DNA of 62,373 nucleotides, counting the filler, from Anaerolineae bacterium (GTDB lineage Bacteria; Chloroflexota; Anaerolineae; Epilineales; Epilineaceae), in NCBI GenBank assembly GCA_029262755.1. It is 7 parts of 7 records of this genome, joined end to end, with 100 filler letters (N's around TTAATTAATTAA, not from the genome) between each part and the next. Parts side by side here need not be neighbours in the genome. Positions count along the whole stretch, not along the records: positions 47,899 to 62,373 come from JAJCYU010000250.1; 6 more parts are not named here. One strand, written 5' to 3'. The notes beneath the pieces were generated by a model that had not been told where the DNA came from, did no database searches, and saw only the letters and a program-made list of their open reading frames with translations. This document shows positions 53,201-62,275 of this stretch, in pieces (the first letter of the stretch is position 1; every line of letters starts with the position of its first letter). Both the position numbers and the translations under genes were made by a program.

Positions 53201-53367
53201 TGCGCACCGCCAAGCAGAGTGTGGACGGGCAGACGATGCCGTACTTCTGCCTGGGCGCCGCGACGTATGTTGAGCATCGGTCGGAAAGGCCGATGCAGAT
53301 CACGTGGCGGTTGGCGCATGCGCTACCGGGGGATACGTTCGCGCGGTGGCGGGCGGCGGTGGCGTGA
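50263..53367 (+). CDS. PLD nuclease-SF2 helicase-DUF3427 protein (SauUSI-like type IV restriction enzyme)
   Basis: RLHAKAWLF..YIGSSNLT (PLD), AATGTGKT, VDEFHH, GLTATPER, VDLFNEGVDIP, QQLGRGLR; C-terminal LFVTLQK..YSPSTRYLDYAIS..LFHWESQ. Confidence 0.88.
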   Translation: MAELSPGLYDQLVDQLLRERLDDLAGRRLTPSLEVVEAAELPDRVGEVVADWVRLMLAGVPANRRPDAALALVESLLASLSDLDADGALRDRMLAAPLRRLRAIERLDPTDKPMPIRQPLTPLRDTVLMTNAPDQPSVGREIEAEIDSADRIDLVLAFIRWTGIRTLLPHLRKHVEAGKPLRVITTVYTGSTELRALEALEEIGAAVKVSYDTAATRLHAKAWLFQRDSGFSTVYIGSSNLTYSAQVAGLEWNVRASERQNPGLIAGFERTFDTYWADHSFEDLDAERFLRATESAAGSDRILTPFAIEPYPFQRQILETLQVERRRGNAHNLVAAATGTGKTIIAALDYRHLRGELDRSRLLFVAHRKEILEQSRTTFRHVLRDGAFGELWVGGKRPQRWEHVFASIQSLTANDVQAIDPAQFDVVIVDEFHHAAAASYEALLDHVKPRVLTGLTATPERTDGLDVLRWFDGRIAVELRLWDALEQGLLSPFHYFGIHDATDLRMIPWRRGTGYDTGALTNLYTANDLWAEKVIQAVGDKIGDPTAMRALGFCVSIEHALFMARHFERAGMTAVAVTSRSSAEERRQALDGLRDGAVQILFTVDLFNEGVDIPAVDVVLMLRPTESATVFLQQLGRGLRRNAGKDVLTVLDFVGHARKEFRFDLRYRRLLGRSRRELESDIKQDFPYLPAGCHLELDAIAKEIVLENIRQAIPGRWKQRVAELRLLGDVALGTFLEESGLELGDLVRMYKSGKSWSAMRRAAGLPVTAAGPEEDRVARGVGRVLHLDDEARIGMYRWLLDRAEPPDPDQLSVRRRRALHGLLLTVLNPKRGEHADLAAAAAMLWRHPALREELVELLPLLEPQVVHLHEPLGTDGQVPLQVHASYTREEILAAFGASRVDAPLPLQTGVYWHEPTRTDLLFVTLQKSERDYSPSTRYLDYAISERLFHWESQASTAEDSQRGQDYVHHAARGRRVVLFVRTAKQSVDGQTMPYFCLGAATYVEHRSERPMQITWRLAHALPGDTFARWRAAVA

Positions 53368-53561
53368 GGGGGGAGGGGCTGTGGATGGATGATCTCCTCA
53401 TCGAGATACCCGCACGCACCGAGGACGAGCCGCGGTTCCTGGTCGTCGGGCGGATGGGAGGACGAGTCTGGTCTGCGATCATCACGTATCGCGACGATCG
53501 GATCCGGATCATCTCCGTGCGAAGGGCACGCGACGAAGAGGTAGCGCTATATGAAGGCTAA
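53368..53561 (+). pseudogene. brnT: BrnT-family toxin, 5'-truncated
   Basis: LWMDDLLIEIPARTEDEPRFLVVG...RIRIISVRRAR is the C-terminal part of BrnT; the N-terminal FEFD..K...N..KHGIDF segment is absent. Confidence 0.7.
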
Positions 53562-53778
53562 GGAATTCGACAAGCGATTCGAAGCCGGGGAGGACGTCCG
53601 GGACGCGCTGGACCTCGCCGGTGCCCGCAGGCCGATGTTGGAGTCACGGCGCGTGAACGTGGACTTCCCGGCGTGGATGGTGGAGTCCCTCGACCGTGAA
53701 GCACGACGTCTGGGTGTCACTCGTCAGTCTGTGATCAAGATGTGGATCGCCGAGCGTCTCGAACGCAGAGTGTCGTGA
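53551..53778 (+). CDS. brnA: BrnA/CopG-type RHH antitoxin
   Basis: MKAKEFDKRFEAGED...RRVNVDFPAWMVESLDREARRLGVTRQSVIKMWIAERL; overlaps the brnT end. Confidence 0.88.
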   Translation: MKAKEFDKRFEAGEDVRDALDLAGARRPMLESRRVNVDFPAWMVESLDREARRLGVTRQSVIKMWIAERLERRVS

Positions 53779-53867
53779 GACCTTCCCGCGTGAAGATGCG
53801 GAGTGAGGGAGCCAATGCGTCGCGGTGACAGCGGCTCCTCACCCGCAGATTGAGGCGGGACAACGCC

Positions 53868-55583
53868 CTACGGCCACCGCTGCCCCCAATCATGCCTCCC
53901 CCCCGGGCACGGAATCAGCTGCGCCAGCCGCCGATACAGCGCGGCCAACGCATCCGCCTCCGGTGCGGCGAAGTAGCGGTCCGGGCTGCCGGCCAGGGCC
54001 TCGAGCAGGGCGGGATTGACGTCCGCGCCCAGGCCGATGGCGTAGAGCGCGATCCCGGCGGATCGGACTCGCGAGGCGGCGGCCAGCGTGCCGGCCTCGT
54101 CGTCGAAGCTGGGGCGGCCGTCGGTGAGCAGCAGGATCACCGGGCGGTTCCGTGGCAGGCGCGCTGGGCTCGTCAGGACGTCACGCGCGAGGTCGAGCCC
54201 GAGGTCGATGCGTGTCCCGGCCCCGCGTGGCAGCGTGGCCAGGGCGGCGCGCACGTCGGCCCGGCTGGAGCCGAGCGGGCTGAGCACCGAGGCTTCGTTG
54301 TGGAAACTCAGGATCGCGAGCTGATCGCGATCCCCACTCCGGCCCAGGCGAAGTTGGTCGCTGAAGGCGCCGGCTGCCTGGGACGCGGCGTCGCGCTTGC
54401 TCAGGCCGCCTGCCCTGGTCGGGCCGTCCATGCTGGTCGAGAGGTCCAGCAGCAGGACCACGTCGAGCGTTTCGGTCTTGGGATCGCAGCGTTCATGGAG
54501 GAGCACGGGCAGGTAGATGGGGCCCGTGACGAGTACCTTGGGCACGGGGAAACGCAGCGTGTCGTCGTTGCCGAGTCCGTCGCGGTAGTCGGCGCCGGCG
54601 CGGACGTTGGTGGGGTGCGCGCCCGTCGCCAGCGGCTCGAGCTGATAGCTCATCGTCAGGCCGGGCTCGGGGACCTGGCTGAAGGTCCACGTGAGCAAGC
54701 GCCGGCCGGCATCCCACGCCGCGGCCGGCTCTGCGGAGCCGACGAGGTAACGCATGTTGGCCGGCACTTCGTCCTCGATCGTGATCGTCTCGAAGAGCAC
54801 GCCGGCTTCGATGCGGCCGGCGATCTGGAGGTAGATGTCCGCCAGCTGACCGCCGTTGATGTCACCGTAGTAGTTGGCGGGTGCGCTGACGATGCGGCGC
54901 AGCACCGTGTCATCTGCGTCATCACCGAGGCCGATGGCGTAGGTGTCGATGCCCGCCGCGCGCACGGCGGCGATGACGGCGTCGAGCTCGCTGATGGGGG
55001 GCCTGAAGCCGGAGTGATTCCCGTCGGTCATGAAGACGATCACGGGCGAGGCCTCGGGGCGGGCGGAGGAACCGGTGACCATGCGCCGTGCCGCCTCGAG
55101 CGAGTCGACGAGGTTCGTGCCACGATCCAGCTGAATGCTCGCGATGGCCTGCCGCAGCGCGTCCTTGTCCGTGCTCAGGTCCAGCACGTCGTCCACCGAA
55201 TCGTCGAAGGCAACGATGCCGACCTGCACGAGGCTGGTGTCCATCTCGTCCACGAAGGCGGTGGCGGCGGCCTTGGCATCGGCCAGCTTGTCGTCCTGCC
55301 CCATCGAGCTGGAGCGGTCGATGGCGAGCACCACGTCCGCCTGCTGCTCGCGCGTCGGGCAGGTACCCGCGACGCGGAGCGTCACCGTGACCTGTTCCCC
55401 GAGACGGATCTGTGCGGGCGCCGCGCTCTTGAAGGGTGCCGCGCTGCAGATGTCGGACTGAGCGAGTGCCACCGAGCTTGCGCTCCGCGGCAGCAGGCCG
55501 GCGTAGAGGGCAACGGCCACGCTCGACCCGAGGGCCATCCCAAGCAGGCCGAAGAGGAGTGGGCGGGAGAAGTACTGGCGCAT
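53868..55583 (-). CDS. Exported tandem-VWA protein with internal IYLPVLL motif
   Basis: Signal peptide; two MIDAS motifs (DRSSSM, DLSTSM), TDG, YAIGLG; DUF11-like linker; GGAG RBS. Confidence 0.85.
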   Translation of the reverse strand: MRQYFSRPLLFGLLGMALGSSVAVALYAGLLPRSASSVALAQSDICSAAPFKSAAPAQIRLGEQVTVTLRVAGTCPTREQQADVVLAIDRSSSMGQDDKLADAKAAATAFVDEMDTSLVQVGIVAFDDSVDDVLDLSTDKDALRQAIASIQLDRGTNLVDSLEAARRMVTGSSARPEASPVIVFMTDGNHSGFRPPISELDAVIAAVRAAGIDTYAIGLGDDADDTVLRRIVSAPANYYGDINGGQLADIYLQIAGRIEAGVLFETITIEDEVPANMRYLVGSAEPAAAWDAGRRLLTWTFSQVPEPGLTMSYQLEPLATGAHPTNVRAGADYRDGLGNDDTLRFPVPKVLVTGPIYLPVLLHERCDPKTETLDVVLLLDLSTSMDGPTRAGGLSKRDAASQAAGAFSDQLRLGRSGDRDQLAILSFHNEASVLSPLGSSRADVRAALATLPRGAGTRIDLGLDLARDVLTSPARLPRNRPVILLLTDGRPSFDDEAGTLAAASRVRSAGIALYAIGLGADVNPALLEALAGSPDRYFAAPEADALAALYRRLAQLIPCPGGRHDWGQRWP

Positions 55584-55847
55584 GGTCAAGCTCCAGACGG
55601 GGTGCTGGGGGGCTGTCTTGGGAGTAACAACACCGGCACCCGGTATCACGTCATCCCTTTGCGCCAACGTCCGTCCGCGCACATTTCCGACATCGCGTCG
55701 AGGACGATCGGCAACGGTACGGTCACGGCTTCCAAGGCCAGGCGCCGGAAGAGCTGGACTTCCCGCGTTAAACATTCGCTCGAAGGACCGACAGCGATGA
55801 CGCAGCTCGCCGTCGTTCGCAACGGAGTTCGCGAGCACGCGCGATCG

Positions 55848-56414
55848 CTAGTCCTCTGTCGCCTCGATCTGGCTAATTACCCGACCGGGGCTGGTCAACG
55901 AGATTCCCAGATGGTTGACGGTGTTGATCATGATGGCTTCCACGATCGGCTCGAACACGGGCTGTTCGGCAACCCATTCGACGATGAAGTTGGTCCCCAG
56001 TCCGCCACTTTCCTCCTTGGCATCGACGAAGAAGTCGGTGGTGGCCAGCGGTCCCATATGCCGGGGTTCGGTCAAGTACTCCCGTACAAACTGGCCGTCG
56101 GAATCGTAGTAGCGAACGGAAGAGATGATGATGGGATGCGAGATATCGGTGTTGTGAATGGTTAGATTCACGGCCAAGTCCAGGGTCAGGTCGCGGGAGA
56201 CGATGATCTCCGAATAGGCCGGGACGTAGATGGTCTGGCCGGAGGTCACATCCAGATCGGCCAGCGTGATTGCCGGCGCCGTAGGCGTCGTGGAAGGCGG
56301 GTCGTCTGAAGGCGTGCAACCGCTCGCCAGGATACCCAAGAGCAGGCCCGCGAGTGAGAGAGCCATCAGCGGCCGATGGCTGTGATCCCTCGAAGCTGTC
56401 GACAATGCGCGCAT
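55848..56414 (-). CDS. DUF3124-family lipoprotein
   Basis: Lipobox ASGC; GQTIYVPAYSEI, HNTD, YYDSDG, GGLGTNFIVEW, PIVEAIMI; GGGAGG RBS. Confidence 0.8.
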   Translation of the reverse strand: MRALSTASRDHSHRPLMALSLAGLLLGILASGCTPSDDPPSTTPTAPAITLADLDVTSGQTIYVPAYSEIIVSRDLTLDLAVNLTIHNTDISHPIIISSVRYYDSDGQFVREYLTEPRHMGPLATTDFFVDAKEESGGLGTNFIVEWVAEQPVFEPIVEAIMINTVNHLGISLTSPGRVISQIEATED

Positions 56415-56875
56415 GGCGTAAGCCTCCCTACATCTGTTGTTGGCAGCGTGGCGGAGGAGGAGCAGCCGCATTGCCTGGCCTCCCGATCCGGGTCGAGATG
56501 GACAGCCGTCACGCATAGGCTTTGGGAGCGGCCGGAGGCCGTCCGCAAGGGTGAACCGTGAGCCGCCAACGGTTGTGGGTAAAGAATAGCTTGCCGGGCG
56601 CCGAGGGCTCGTCGGGCACCCATGTCGCCAACCGAGGGCGACTCTGGGCAATCTGGGTATTCGCCGGGTCAACACGGCTTGCGTTCCCTCTGGCCGGTTC
56701 ATTGCGTCGAGCATACAAGGGTGGCAGGGTAGAACGGCTCGCTGGCCCGCGGAGAATCGGCTTGGCTCGGCGATCGAGTCCGGACCGCCCGTCGGAAGAG
56801 GCGCGATCCCAACGGAATGGGACCGCGAATTGGGACCACGGGCGGCGCGTGGCTGCCGCCGGAGGACGGTGCGAG

Positions 56876-59800
56876 ATGGGTCGAAACATCGCCGCTACAG
56901 GCTTCGCCACGGTCACGCTCTGCGTTGTCATCGCCGGGCTCTTGTTCGCCGCGGCCCGCGGACGTGCGGGCCATTCGACGCCGTCGGACCTGCCTCGCTC
57001 CTCCGCGGAACGCGTCGCCGCCCCCGCGGCCGTCGACACCTTCCACGCGGATCAGGACACCTTCGTCGATAGCGCGAATCCAAGCTCGCGCTTCGGCGGG
57101 CGTCCGGATCTGCGCGTCGGGAGCTACGGTCCGCGCGCGATGACCGACACGTGGCGCACGCTGCTGCGCTTCTCGGACCTGGCCGACGGGCTGCCGAAGG
57201 GCGCGATCGTCACGACCGCCACCCTTCGCCTGCGACACGAAGGATCTCCGGGGCGCCTCACCATTCTCGCGCGGCGTGCGGAGCAGGAATGGGATGAAAC
57301 GAAGGTCACGTGGGACACGCAGCCTCCCGATGTCGCCCCCGAGACGGGTCAGGTGGTAGACGATGTGCCAGGGGTGGTGGCATGGGACGTCACCGAGCAC
57401 GTGCGGGGCTGGGCCGCGGACCTCTGGCCGGACCACGGCTTCGTGCTGCGCGCCGACGACGAGGCGCTTCTCGTTGCGAAGCTCTTCCGCTCGCGAGACG
57501 TAGGCGGCCGCGGCACCCCGACCCCTGCACCCGCGGAGCTCGAGGTGCATTGGCTGCCCGGCCCCACCCAGACGGCCACGAGCACAGCGAGTCGCCGGAC
57601 CGCCACGCCGACCCGTAGGGCCACGGCCACGGCGACCGAGAAGGCGACCGAGACCCCGAACCTACGCACACGGACGCCCAGTGCCACGGCCACTCCTACG
57701 CGGCCAACGGTCACGGCGACCGGCACGTCGCCCGTCGCCCGGAGGACGCCGACAGCCACGCCGACAGCCACGCCCACCCGCACCCCGGCCGTGCCGAGCG
57801 CGACGCCACCGACGCGCACCGCGACCCCTGGACGTGTCGAGCCGACCGTCGGTCCGACGGCAACGCTGACGCGACCCTCACAGCCGACGCGCACGATGAC
57901 GCCGACCAGCACCGCGACGCCGACGCGCAGGGTGACCCCCTCGCGCACCGCGCCGCCGACACGCACGTCCACGCCGCCGCCGGGACACCGGACGACGACG
58001 CCGGAACCGACGCCTTCGCCCGGACGGGCGGCCAGCGCCACGCCGGGCATCGCCACGCCGGTCGTGCATCTGCCCTTCGTGTGGAATGGCCCCGCCGGTC
58101 CGCCGCCTACCCCGGGTAGCTCCTACGCGTCCCCCACGCCGCAGCATGGCCAGCCTAGCCCGACGCGCCCGCCCGGTCACCCCACCGAGACGGCGACGCC
58201 GGGGCAGGGCAAGCCGTCGGCCACGCTGCCGCCAGGGCCGGTCTCGCGCCTCTTTGCGATGCGCGGCGAGCACAGAATCGGCTGCCGGACGCAACGCCTC
58301 AACTATGGCTCGGAGTCGCTGCTCGACTGCGAAGAGGGCTTCACCATCGACCAATTCGCCAGACGTGAGGAGGGAACGACCTTCACCCGCATCCCCAACA
58401 CCGCGACGAAGTTTGTCGTGCCGGAGGGCTCCGTGCCGATACGCGGCGGGGGCATCGTCGACGTGGTGATCCTCGTTACAGCCTTCGTGTGGCCGGCCGA
58501 GCTGACGGACGATGACCCGCCCGTGCGGGTGCGGGCCGTGGTCGACGGGCTCATCGCGGCGCCGGGGGACATCGTCTGGGCGGACGCGGACTCCGGGCAG
58601 GAGTATCACGCGCAGAGCTTCCTCTTCACCCAGCGCATCGGTCCCGGCATCCACACCGTGGAGCTCGAATGGACCGCGGAGGGCTCCGCGGCCCGCATCC
58701 GCGATGCCTCCGTGCTCGTGCTGGCGGACATCCCTCCGGAGACAGGGCACCTGCTCGCGGCGCGGTCGTCCCCCGGCAACGCGCCGGTGGCGATGGACAG
58801 CGGAGCTTGGGAAGCCGTGCCGCTAGCCCAGCTGGACTTCGAGACGGTCGAGGACGGCCCGGCGACGCTGTGGTTCTCTGCGGCGCTGGAGCAGACGGCG
58901 GGCGACTTCGTGATGCTCCGCGCAATCGTCGACGAGGCGGCTGTGGCGGTCGAACCGTCCGAGATCCCATTGACGGCCCGCCTCGACGACGCCGAGGCGC
59001 GTGCGGTTGCCTTCGTCGTGCCTGAACTCCCTGCCGGCGACCACTCGGTGCGCTTCGAGTGGCGGGGCAGCATCACCGACGAGGTGGCGCAGGCCACGGT
59101 GCGCGGATGGTCGGCGGCGGCGATCGTCGGGCCGCCAATAGGCGCGGCGCTGCCGGTGGGGCTGCACGTGGAGCCCCAGACGGGGCCGCCGTTCACGGCC
59201 CAATCCGAGGACGGCTGGGAGGCGATTCCCGGCTTGGAGGTCAGCCTCGACCTCGAAGAGGGATTCACGGAGGCAGCCCTGATCTTCAGTGGCGGCGTGA
59301 CGGGTCGCGACCCGGCGTGGGTCGCCCCGCGGATCAATGGCGTGACGCAAGTCGACCAGGCCACCGTGCTGCATCACGCCGTGCTGACCTGCCCGGCGGC
59401 GGATCCTTTGTGTGATTCGCCGACGGTCCACGATGCCGGCGCACGCAGCTACGCCTTCAAGCTCCCGGCCCGCCCACCTTCCGACGACCCGACGACGATC
59501 GGGCTGGCCGTCCGATCCTCCGAGTTCGACGACTCATACTCCACCGTGCACGACGCCACGCTCACGTTGCTGCGCCAACCGTGGTTGGGCCCTGACCTCG
59601 GTCATGGCGCCAATATCGGCGCCGCGTCGTCGCAACGGCATGCGCCCGTGGAGCCCGCACGCGGCGAGCGGCCGCTCCTGCTGATCGTGATCGATCCCGA
59701 ACGGGTAAAGCAACCGGTGGCCGACGCCGCCTTCATGGACGAGGTCGAGGCCTTGGCCTTCGGGGACCATCCGGCCGCGGTTGGCTACTTGGACGCGATG

Positions 59801-61126
59801 TCGCGCGGGCGGCTGGATCTCGTTCCGGCCGGGCCCGGCATTCTGGGGCCCTACGGCACCCTGGAGGACGCCGATCACTACTGGAGCGCCCATGACTGCG
59901 AGGACGAGGACGCCGTGGACGACGGCTACCGCAGCGGTTTCGCCGAGCTGCAGGCGGAGGCTCTGGCTGCCGCGGACGCCGAGTTCGACTTCGCCGCCTG
60001 GGATCGCAACGGGGATGGCGCGGTCACCTCGGACGAGCTCGCCGTGGTCATCGTCGTGCCTCAGAGCAGCGGCTCCGGCAGCAATGCTGTTAGCTCGTTC
60101 AAACCCTTGTGCGGCGAAGATCCCTGGTTCGTCGCCGGCGACGGCCCCGATGGGACCATCGTGCGGCAGCTCCTGCATTGGTACACCCCCGGCTTCGGCG
60201 AAGATGCCACCGCCACCGCCACCGACGAGGTTGCTCTCAAGTCCCTGGCCACCTTGGTCCACGAACTGGGACACCTGCTCTTCTGGTTGGACGACCACTA
60301 CTTCGCCACCGAGCGCTTCGTGGCTGGGCCCAACATCGGCCAGCCTTGTGACGCGGGCGGCGCGGACGAGGGCGACATCAATTGCCAGACACGCATCGTG
60401 CCGACGGTGCCCGAGCGCATCTCGCTCATGGCGAGCACCAACGCATCGACGAACCATCTGGACGCCGTGCACAAGATCCACTTGGGCTGGCTGATGCCGG
60501 AGTGGGTGGGCGCCACGGGCGCATACACCCTGGCTGACGTGAAGGTCGATCCCCGCGCGCTGATCCTCCCGCGGCGCAATTCAGCGCACCTGGAGTACTA
60601 CGTACTCGAAGCCCGCTTCGAAGCCCCCGTGCCCGACGACCCCGCCTACGACTACGAGCTCCTCGACGAGGGCCTGGCGATCTACCACGTCATCGAGCCG
60701 GCGGGCGGCTGCATGACCGGCATCTGGCCCCCGTCGAACTGCGACGCGTACGTACCGGCCCCGTGCGTCACCCCCACGGTCTGGGACGCCTTCTTCAGCA
60801 ACTTCCTACGGCCCGGCCTACGCCTGATCCAACCCGACTACATGCACCACACGTCGTGCGTAGAGGACGAGGACGACGGCGACATCGATTGCTCCACCGA
60901 GAAGAACCAGACGCTGTGGGGCACCGGAGCGTTGGGCGGCCAATCGATCTCCGACGAGGGCCCAAGCGGCTGCCCCGTCTGGTTCGGCGACCCACTGCCC
61001 GATGACGTAGCGCCGCTGTTGCAATGGGCGGACGGCAGCCCGAGCGGCTATGGCCTCGAGGCGATCACGTTGATGGGGGCGGACACGTTGGCCTTGACGG
61101 TCACGGTGGAGGTGGAGGGGCCGTGA
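56876..61126 (+). CDS. Exported multidomain M6-like (immune inhibitor A type) metalloprotease with DNRLRE domain and Pro/Thr stalk
   Basis: DTFVDS..RTLLRF..WDETKVTW..WDVT (DNRLRE); VHLPFVW; FDFAAWDRNGDG; HELGHLLFWLDDHY (60260); SLMAS; HLDAVHKIHLGWL; EYYVLEAR. Confidence 0.8.
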   Translation: MGRNIAATGFATVTLCVVIAGLLFAAARGRAGHSTPSDLPRSSAERVAAPAAVDTFHADQDTFVDSANPSSRFGGRPDLRVGSYGPRAMTDTWRTLLRFSDLADGLPKGAIVTTATLRLRHEGSPGRLTILARRAEQEWDETKVTWDTQPPDVAPETGQVVDDVPGVVAWDVTEHVRGWAADLWPDHGFVLRADDEALLVAKLFRSRDVGGRGTPTPAPAELEVHWLPGPTQTATSTASRRTATPTRRATATATEKATETPNLRTRTPSATATPTRPTVTATGTSPVARRTPTATPTATPTRTPAVPSATPPTRTATPGRVEPTVGPTATLTRPSQPTRTMTPTSTATPTRRVTPSRTAPPTRTSTPPPGHRTTTPEPTPSPGRAASATPGIATPVVHLPFVWNGPAGPPPTPGSSYASPTPQHGQPSPTRPPGHPTETATPGQGKPSATLPPGPVSRLFAMRGEHRIGCRTQRLNYGSESLLDCEEGFTIDQFARREEGTTFTRIPNTATKFVVPEGSVPIRGGGIVDVVILVTAFVWPAELTDDDPPVRVRAVVDGLIAAPGDIVWADADSGQEYHAQSFLFTQRIGPGIHTVELEWTAEGSAARIRDASVLVLADIPPETGHLLAARSSPGNAPVAMDSGAWEAVPLAQLDFETVEDGPATLWFSAALEQTAGDFVMLRAIVDEAAVAVEPSEIPLTARLDDAEARAVAFVVPELPAGDHSVRFEWRGSITDEVAQATVRGWSAAAIVGPPIGAALPVGLHVEPQTGPPFTAQSEDGWEAIPGLEVSLDLEEGFTEAALIFSGGVTGRDPAWVAPRINGVTQVDQATVLHHAVLTCPAADPLCDSPTVHDAGARSYAFKLPARPPSDDPTTIGLAVRSSEFDDSYSTVHDATLTLLRQPWLGPDLGHGANIGAASSQRHAPVEPARGERPLLLIVIDPERVKQPVADAAFMDEVEALAFGDHPAAVGYLDAMSRGRLDLVPAGPGILGPYGTLEDADHYWSAHDCEDEDAVDDGYRSGFAELQAEALAAADAEFDFAAWDRNGDGAVTSDELAVVIVVPQSSGSGSNAVSSFKPLCGEDPWFVAGDGPDGTIVRQLLHWYTPGFGEDATATATDEVALKSLATLVHELGHLLFWLDDHYFATERFVAGPNIGQPCDAGGADEGDINCQTRIVPTVPERISLMASTNASTNHLDAVHKIHLGWLMPEWVGATGAYTLADVKVDPRALILPRRNSAHLEYYVLEARFEAPVPDDPAYDYELLDEGLAIYHVIEPAGGCMTGIWPPSNCDAYVPAPCVTPTVWDAFFSNFLRPGLRLIQPDYMHHTSCVEDEDDGDIDCSTEKNQTLWGTGALGGQSISDEGPSGCPVWFGDPLPDDVAPLLQWADGSPSGYGLEAITLMGADTLALTVTVEVEGP

Positions 61127-61180
61127 GCGGGGGCGGCACCCGACGGTCGGGACGATTCCTCTTGGCGCCCGTAACGCCCC

Positions 61181-62275
61181 CTACCGCCCCTCCAGCGTCC
61201 ATAGCGGCGAGGCCTTGGACAGCTCCACGTTGAACCATTCGTAGAGCACGGGGACGTGGGTGAACATCAAGGCGATGAAGACCGCGACGCAGAGCAGGGC
61301 GTAGCCGGCGAAGCGCCACTCACGGTAGAGGCGTTCGGGGTTCTGGACTGGGCTGTCGTCCCGTAGACCGATGCTCAAGTACCAGGTCAGGAAGCCTGCG
61401 ACGAGGGGGATGCCCAGGATCAGCTCGAGGTGGTAGCGGACGATAAAGACGCCCGTGAACAAGGCGCCGACCATGGCGAAGAAGAAGAGGCTGACTAGCA
61501 AGCGGTCCTCGTTGTAGTACACGAAGGACTTGCGGTAGCGCCCCGCCACGCCGACATCCGCGATGCGGCGGTACTCCGCGAAGCGCTTGATGGCCATGAA
61601 AAACGCCCCGATCATCCAATAGGCGATGGCCAGCGAGACCGGGGGAACGCTGTTGTCGATCAGAGCGAACCAGCCGAGCAGGAGCCGGAGCGGGTTGTTG
61701 ATCGACTCAGAGGTCACGTCGAGATAGGGAATGTCCTTGCTGCGAAGCGGCGGGACGTTGTAGATGATGCCCATGACCCACAAGGCGGCGGCCGACATGC
61801 CCGCGTGGCGCTCCACGGACCACGCGAGGCCGATCCCGAGCACGGCGAGCACGAGCCAGAGCCCGATCGCGGCGGGAGGACTCACCAGCCCGCTCGCGGC
61901 CGGACGGTGGCGCTTCACCGGGTGCTCCCGGTCGGAGGGCGCGTCCAGGAGCTCGTTGATCACGTAGTTGCTGGAGGCGACCAGGCAGGTGGCCACCAGC
62001 ACCAGGGCCAGCGGCAGCAGGGACTCACGCGTCGCAAGCTCCGGGCGAAAGAAGACGGCCAGCACGGCGCCGGGCAACACGAAGATGTTCTTGAACCAAT
62101 GGTCGGGCCGGGCCATCTGAACGTAGGGCTTCAGCCGGAGCCAGCCGGAGGGAGACCCGCTTGAGGAAGGCCCACTAGAGGATGGCCCGCTGGACGGTGC
62201 GCCTGACTCAGCCTTGGAACCTACCGTGGACCCCGCATTGGACTCCACAGTGGAGCGCGCTTCAGTCGATGACAT
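61181..62275 (-). CDS. UbiA-family prenyltransferase (decaprenyl-phosphate phosphoribosyltransferase-like)
   Basis: RPDHWFKN, SSNYVINELLDAPSDREHPVKRHRPAASG, KRFAE; multiple TM helices. Confidence 0.88.
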   Translation of the reverse strand: MSSTEARSTVESNAGSTVGSKAESGAPSSGPSSSGPSSSGSPSGWLRLKPYVQMARPDHWFKNIFVLPGAVLAVFFRPELATRESLLPLALVLVATCLVASSNYVINELLDAPSDREHPVKRHRPAASGLVSPPAAIGLWLVLAVLGIGLAWSVERHAGMSAAALWVMGIIYNVPPLRSKDIPYLDVTSESINNPLRLLLGWFALIDNSVPPVSLAIAYWMIGAFFMAIKRFAEYRRIADVGVAGRYRKSFVYYNEDRLLVSLFFFAMVGALFTGVFIVRYHLELILGIPLVAGFLTWYLSIGLRDDSPVQNPERLYREWRFAGYALLCVAVFIALMFTHVPVLYEWFNVELSKASPLWTLEGR

